From contig CP188088.1 of the NCBI GenBank assembly GCA_049942965.1, positions 390,001-422,000 on the forward strand: a stretch of 32,000 nucleotides of DNA, written 5' to 3'. The translations under genes were made by a program, and so were the position numbers. Numbering within the stretch: position 1 is the stretch's first letter; each line of letters begins with the position of its first letter. Below the pieces are notes generated by a model. The model was not told the DNA's origin. It saw only the letters and a list, made by a program, of their open reading frames with translations, and ran no database searches. The DNA comes from Candidatus Saccharimonadota bacterium (GTDB taxonomy: Bacteria; Pseudomonadota; Gammaproteobacteria; Enterobacterales; Enterobacteriaceae). Positions 29,604 through 32,000 of the stretch are shown in pieces.

Positions 29604-30653
29604 CTAAAAACGAGCGTCTATCGCACAAGACAATTCTTCTAAAATAATTTTACTATCTGACCAATTTAAACAAGAATCAGTAATAGATTTTCCATAAACC
29701 AATTGTTTTTTGTTTCCAGTAACCATTTGTGTACCTTCTATTAAAAAACTTTCAATCATTACTCCAGCAATACTGCTATTACCATTTTTTATTTGTCTAG
29801 ATATAGAAGAAGAAACCTTTTTTTGTAATTCATGTTGTTTTAAGGAATTTCCATGACTAAAATCAACCATTAAATATTCATTTAAAGAAAATTCTTTTAG
29901 TTTTTTAATAGCACGTAAAATATCAGTAAAATGATAATTGGGTTTTTTTCCTCCCCTCATAATTATATGACTATAAGGATTTCCACTCGTATGATTAATA
30001 GTCATTTGTCCGTTTTTATTTGGAGCTAAAAATAAATGTCTTTCTTTAATTGCCCTAATAGCATCAATAGCAATATTAATGTTGCCATCAGTACCATTTT
30101 TAAATCCAACTGGACAAGATAATGCTGAAGCCATTTCTCTATGAATTTGACTTTCAGTGGTTCTTGCTCCTATTGCACCCCAACTAATTAAATCAGCTAT
30201 AAACTGACCTATTACCATATCTAAAAATTCCGTTGCAGCTGGCATTCCTATAGCGTTGATATCTAATAATAGTTTTCTAGCAACTGACAAACCGTGATTA
30301 ACTCTAAAACTACCATTTAAATCTGGATCAGCGATTAATCCTTTCCAACCGACGACAGTTCTAGGTTTTTCAAAATAAGTTCTCATAATAATCTCTAAAC
30401 GATCCTTATATTTATTTCTTAAATCATTTAAATTATGAGCATATTCCATAGCTGCTATAGGATCGTGAACTGAGCAAGGACCAATAACTACTAATAATCG
30501 TTTATCTTCACCCGTAATAATTTTTGCTATATTGTTCCTAGTTAAGATTACATTGTCCATAATTTCTGGAGTAATTGGATATTTTTTTGCCAATTCTAAT
30601 GGAGTGATTAATGGATCTATTCTGACTGTACGCAATTCATCTGTTTTTTTCAT
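29604..30653 (-). CDS. aroH: 3-deoxy-7-phosphoheptulonate (DAHP) synthase, class I (AroH-like)
   Basis: 349 aa (E. coli AroH 348). Shows near-identity across long blocks: TDELRT, GEDKRLLVVIGPCS, MRTYFEKPRTVVGWKGLI, DLISWGAIGARTTESQIHREMASALSCPVGFKNGTDGN and IIMRGGKKPNY. Confidence 0.95.
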   Translation of the reverse strand: MKKTDELRTVRIDPLITPLELAKKYPITPEIMDNVILTRNNIAKIITGEDKRLLVVIGPCSVHDPIAAMEYAHNLNDLRNKYKDRLEIIMRTYFEKPRTVVGWKGLIADPDLNGSFRVNHGLSVARKLLLDINAIGMPAATEFLDMVIGQFIADLISWGAIGARTTESQIHREMASALSCPVGFKNGTDGNINIAIDAIRAIKERHLFLAPNKNGQMTINHTSGNPYSHIIMRGGKKPNYHFTDILRAIKKLKEFSLNEYLMVDFSHGNSLKQHELQKKVSSSISRQIKNGNSSIAGVMIESFLIEGTQMVTGNKKQLVYGKSITDSCLNWSDSKIILEELSCAIDARF

Positions 30654-31390
30654 ATTGCTCTCTATAATTTGTATTTTAAAATCTAATTTTTTTTTTGAAT
30701 AATTTTTAATAAATCATTTTTAATTAAATATCTTAAAAAAAAACTAGCTAAAAAGCTATACACATAAATTTTTATGGTTCTTGTAAAGGTATTTCATAAT
30801 AATGAAATAACTTATGTCATAATCTAAAACAATTAAAAAAATTAAAAAACTACAACTACTTCAAAAATAATGCTAGATAAAAATTTATCTATAAACAATT
30901 TTTGTAAATTTAAAAAAAAATTTATTAAAGTAATAATGAAAAATATGTTTTTACATTATTCTGTAAATATTTAATTTTTGTAGAAAACATTAGTACAAAT
31001 CATATTTACTTTAATTTAAAAAAATAGTTTAATTTAAAAAATTTTTGTTTATTAATTTAACTCGTTCAAAAAAACAACTATATTAAGCGCTCTTTTTTAT
31101 TGATAACAACATACTAAAAAAAACCTTATAAATCAAATATAAATCAAACGTAAAAAAATAAATCAATATTTAATATTTTAATGTTTCTAAAGTACTGAAT
31201 ACAAATAATATAAAATTTAATAGAAAAATAAGTCTGTTTTTAATAATATAAATTTTTACAATTAAAACATAATCTTTTAAAAATTTTTTTAAATATTTTG
31301 TATCTCAAAACATAAATAATCAATTAAAAAAATTTTTTTCTAAACTAAGTAAAAAATAAAATTAAATAAAATAATATCAAAATTAACAAT

Positions 31391-31418
31391 TAAAAATTAA
31401 AAATTAAAAACTAAAAAC
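31391..31418. repeat. Four tandem copies of a 7-bp unit (TAAAAAT x2, TAAAAAC x2)
   Basis: Read directly: taaaaat taaaaat taaaaac taaaaac, followed by a degenerate taaatc. It lies inside the long aroH / sufA-like spacer. Confidence 0.6.
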
Positions 31419-31722
31419 TAAATCTTTAATTTTATAAATTAGTTAAAATTACTAAAAAACTAACAAAATTGTTGAAGATCTTATCTTAATTTAAATTATA
31501 CAATTTTATAATGTTCCTTGAAAAATTTTATCATTAAATAATTTTTTTATATTACTGAAATTTTTTTAAACTCTAAAAAAAATAATAAAAAACAAATTTA
31601 TTTTGAATTAATTTAAAAAATATTTTAAAAAAGTAAAAATTCAAACAAAAAAAATGTTATGATATCATCATTTAATGATGATGAATTAACTTTAAAAACT
31701 AATTGCATTTTTATAAAATTTT

Positions 31723-32000
31723 ATGAAAAATAGAAATAATACATTATCTTTAATACATTCAAATAAAAATAATATAAAGATCACTAAACATGCTGAAAAA
31801 CAAATTCATAAACTGATATCTAAAAAAAAAAGTATGGGAGTTAGAATTAATATTAAAAAATCTGGTTGTGCTGGTTTTAAATATTACTTACAAACAATAT
31901 CTAAAAAAAAAAAACAAGATCTAACTTTTAATTATTCAAATTTTATTATTTCTATACCTATAGAAAATATAAAAATGATATATGGATTGAAAATAGATTA
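31723..32000 (+). CDS. sufA: A-type iron-sulfur cluster carrier (SufA/IscA/ErpA family), partial; the 3' end runs off the window
   Basis: Manual translation from the ATG at 31723 gives MKNRNNTLSLIHSNKNNIKITKHAEKQIHKLISKKKSMGVRINIKKSGCAGFKYYLQTISKKKKQDLTFNYSNFIISIPIENIKMIYGLKID... The block GVR(I/L)...K.(S/T)GCAGF.Y matches my memory of E. coli SufA (GVRLGVKQTGCAGFGYVLD) better than IscA or ErpA, but the paralogue assignment is tentative. Confidence 0.7.
   Translation, partial: MKNRNNTLSLIHSNKNNIKITKHAEKQIHKLISKKKSMGVRINIKKSGCAGFKYYLQTISKKKKQDLTFNYSNFIISIPIENIKMIYGLKID

Noticed and set aside
31010-31041. TTTAATTTAAAAAA occurs twice with an 18-bp period in the long aroH / sufA-like spacer.
   Set aside because: This is a low-complexity A/T motif with only two copies, consistent with replication slippage or chance. 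It is not evidence of a functional repeat array.

Overview
This window is extremely A+T-rich (about four-fifths A+T by eye), gene-dense and made up entirely of housekeeping genes. It looks like the reduced genome of a gammaproteobacterial insect endosymbiont. The gene order is nuoA(-) | dnaK-dnaJ(+) | rpsT(-) | ileS-lspA-dapB-carA-carB-folA(+) | apaH-rsmA/ksgA(-) | yabI-like dedA(+) | rplY-nfo(-) | glyQ-glyS(+) | tgt-ihfA-pheT-pheS-rplT-rpmI-infC-thrS-aroH(-) | sufA-like(+). This matches my recollection of the Buchnera aphidicola chromosome (APS loci of roughly BU124-BU154). Positions 526-16848 are also colinear with the first ~70 kb of the E. coli K-12 map, heavily compacted. I count 25 complete and 2 partial protein genes. 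I saw no rRNA, tRNA, CRISPR array, transposase, phage, defence or toxin genes. I do not find support for a novel multi-gene system here; this is ordinary core genome, and I prefer to say so. The observations most worth a second look are: (1) thrS encodes only the catalytic and anticodon-binding part of ThrRS (418 aa), with the N-terminal TGS and editing domains absent; (2) a G+C-rich island, hairpin, T-run and Phe-rich mini-ORF lie between rplT and pheS, where E. coli has the pheM attenuator; (3) the dnaK sigma-32 promoter is almost letter-for-letter conserved; (4) a strongly G+C-rich hairpin sits in the dnaK-dnaJ spacer; (5) there are unusually long gene-free spacers (1069 bp, 527 bp, 421 bp) and junctions where E. 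coli and, as I recall, larger Buchnera genomes carry extra genes (ribF, ispH, apaG); (6) a 19-bp palindrome lies upstream of the sufA-like gene; (7) A10-A12 homopolymers occur inside intact genes. All homology statements come from my own reading of the translations against remembered E. coli proteins. No database search was run.
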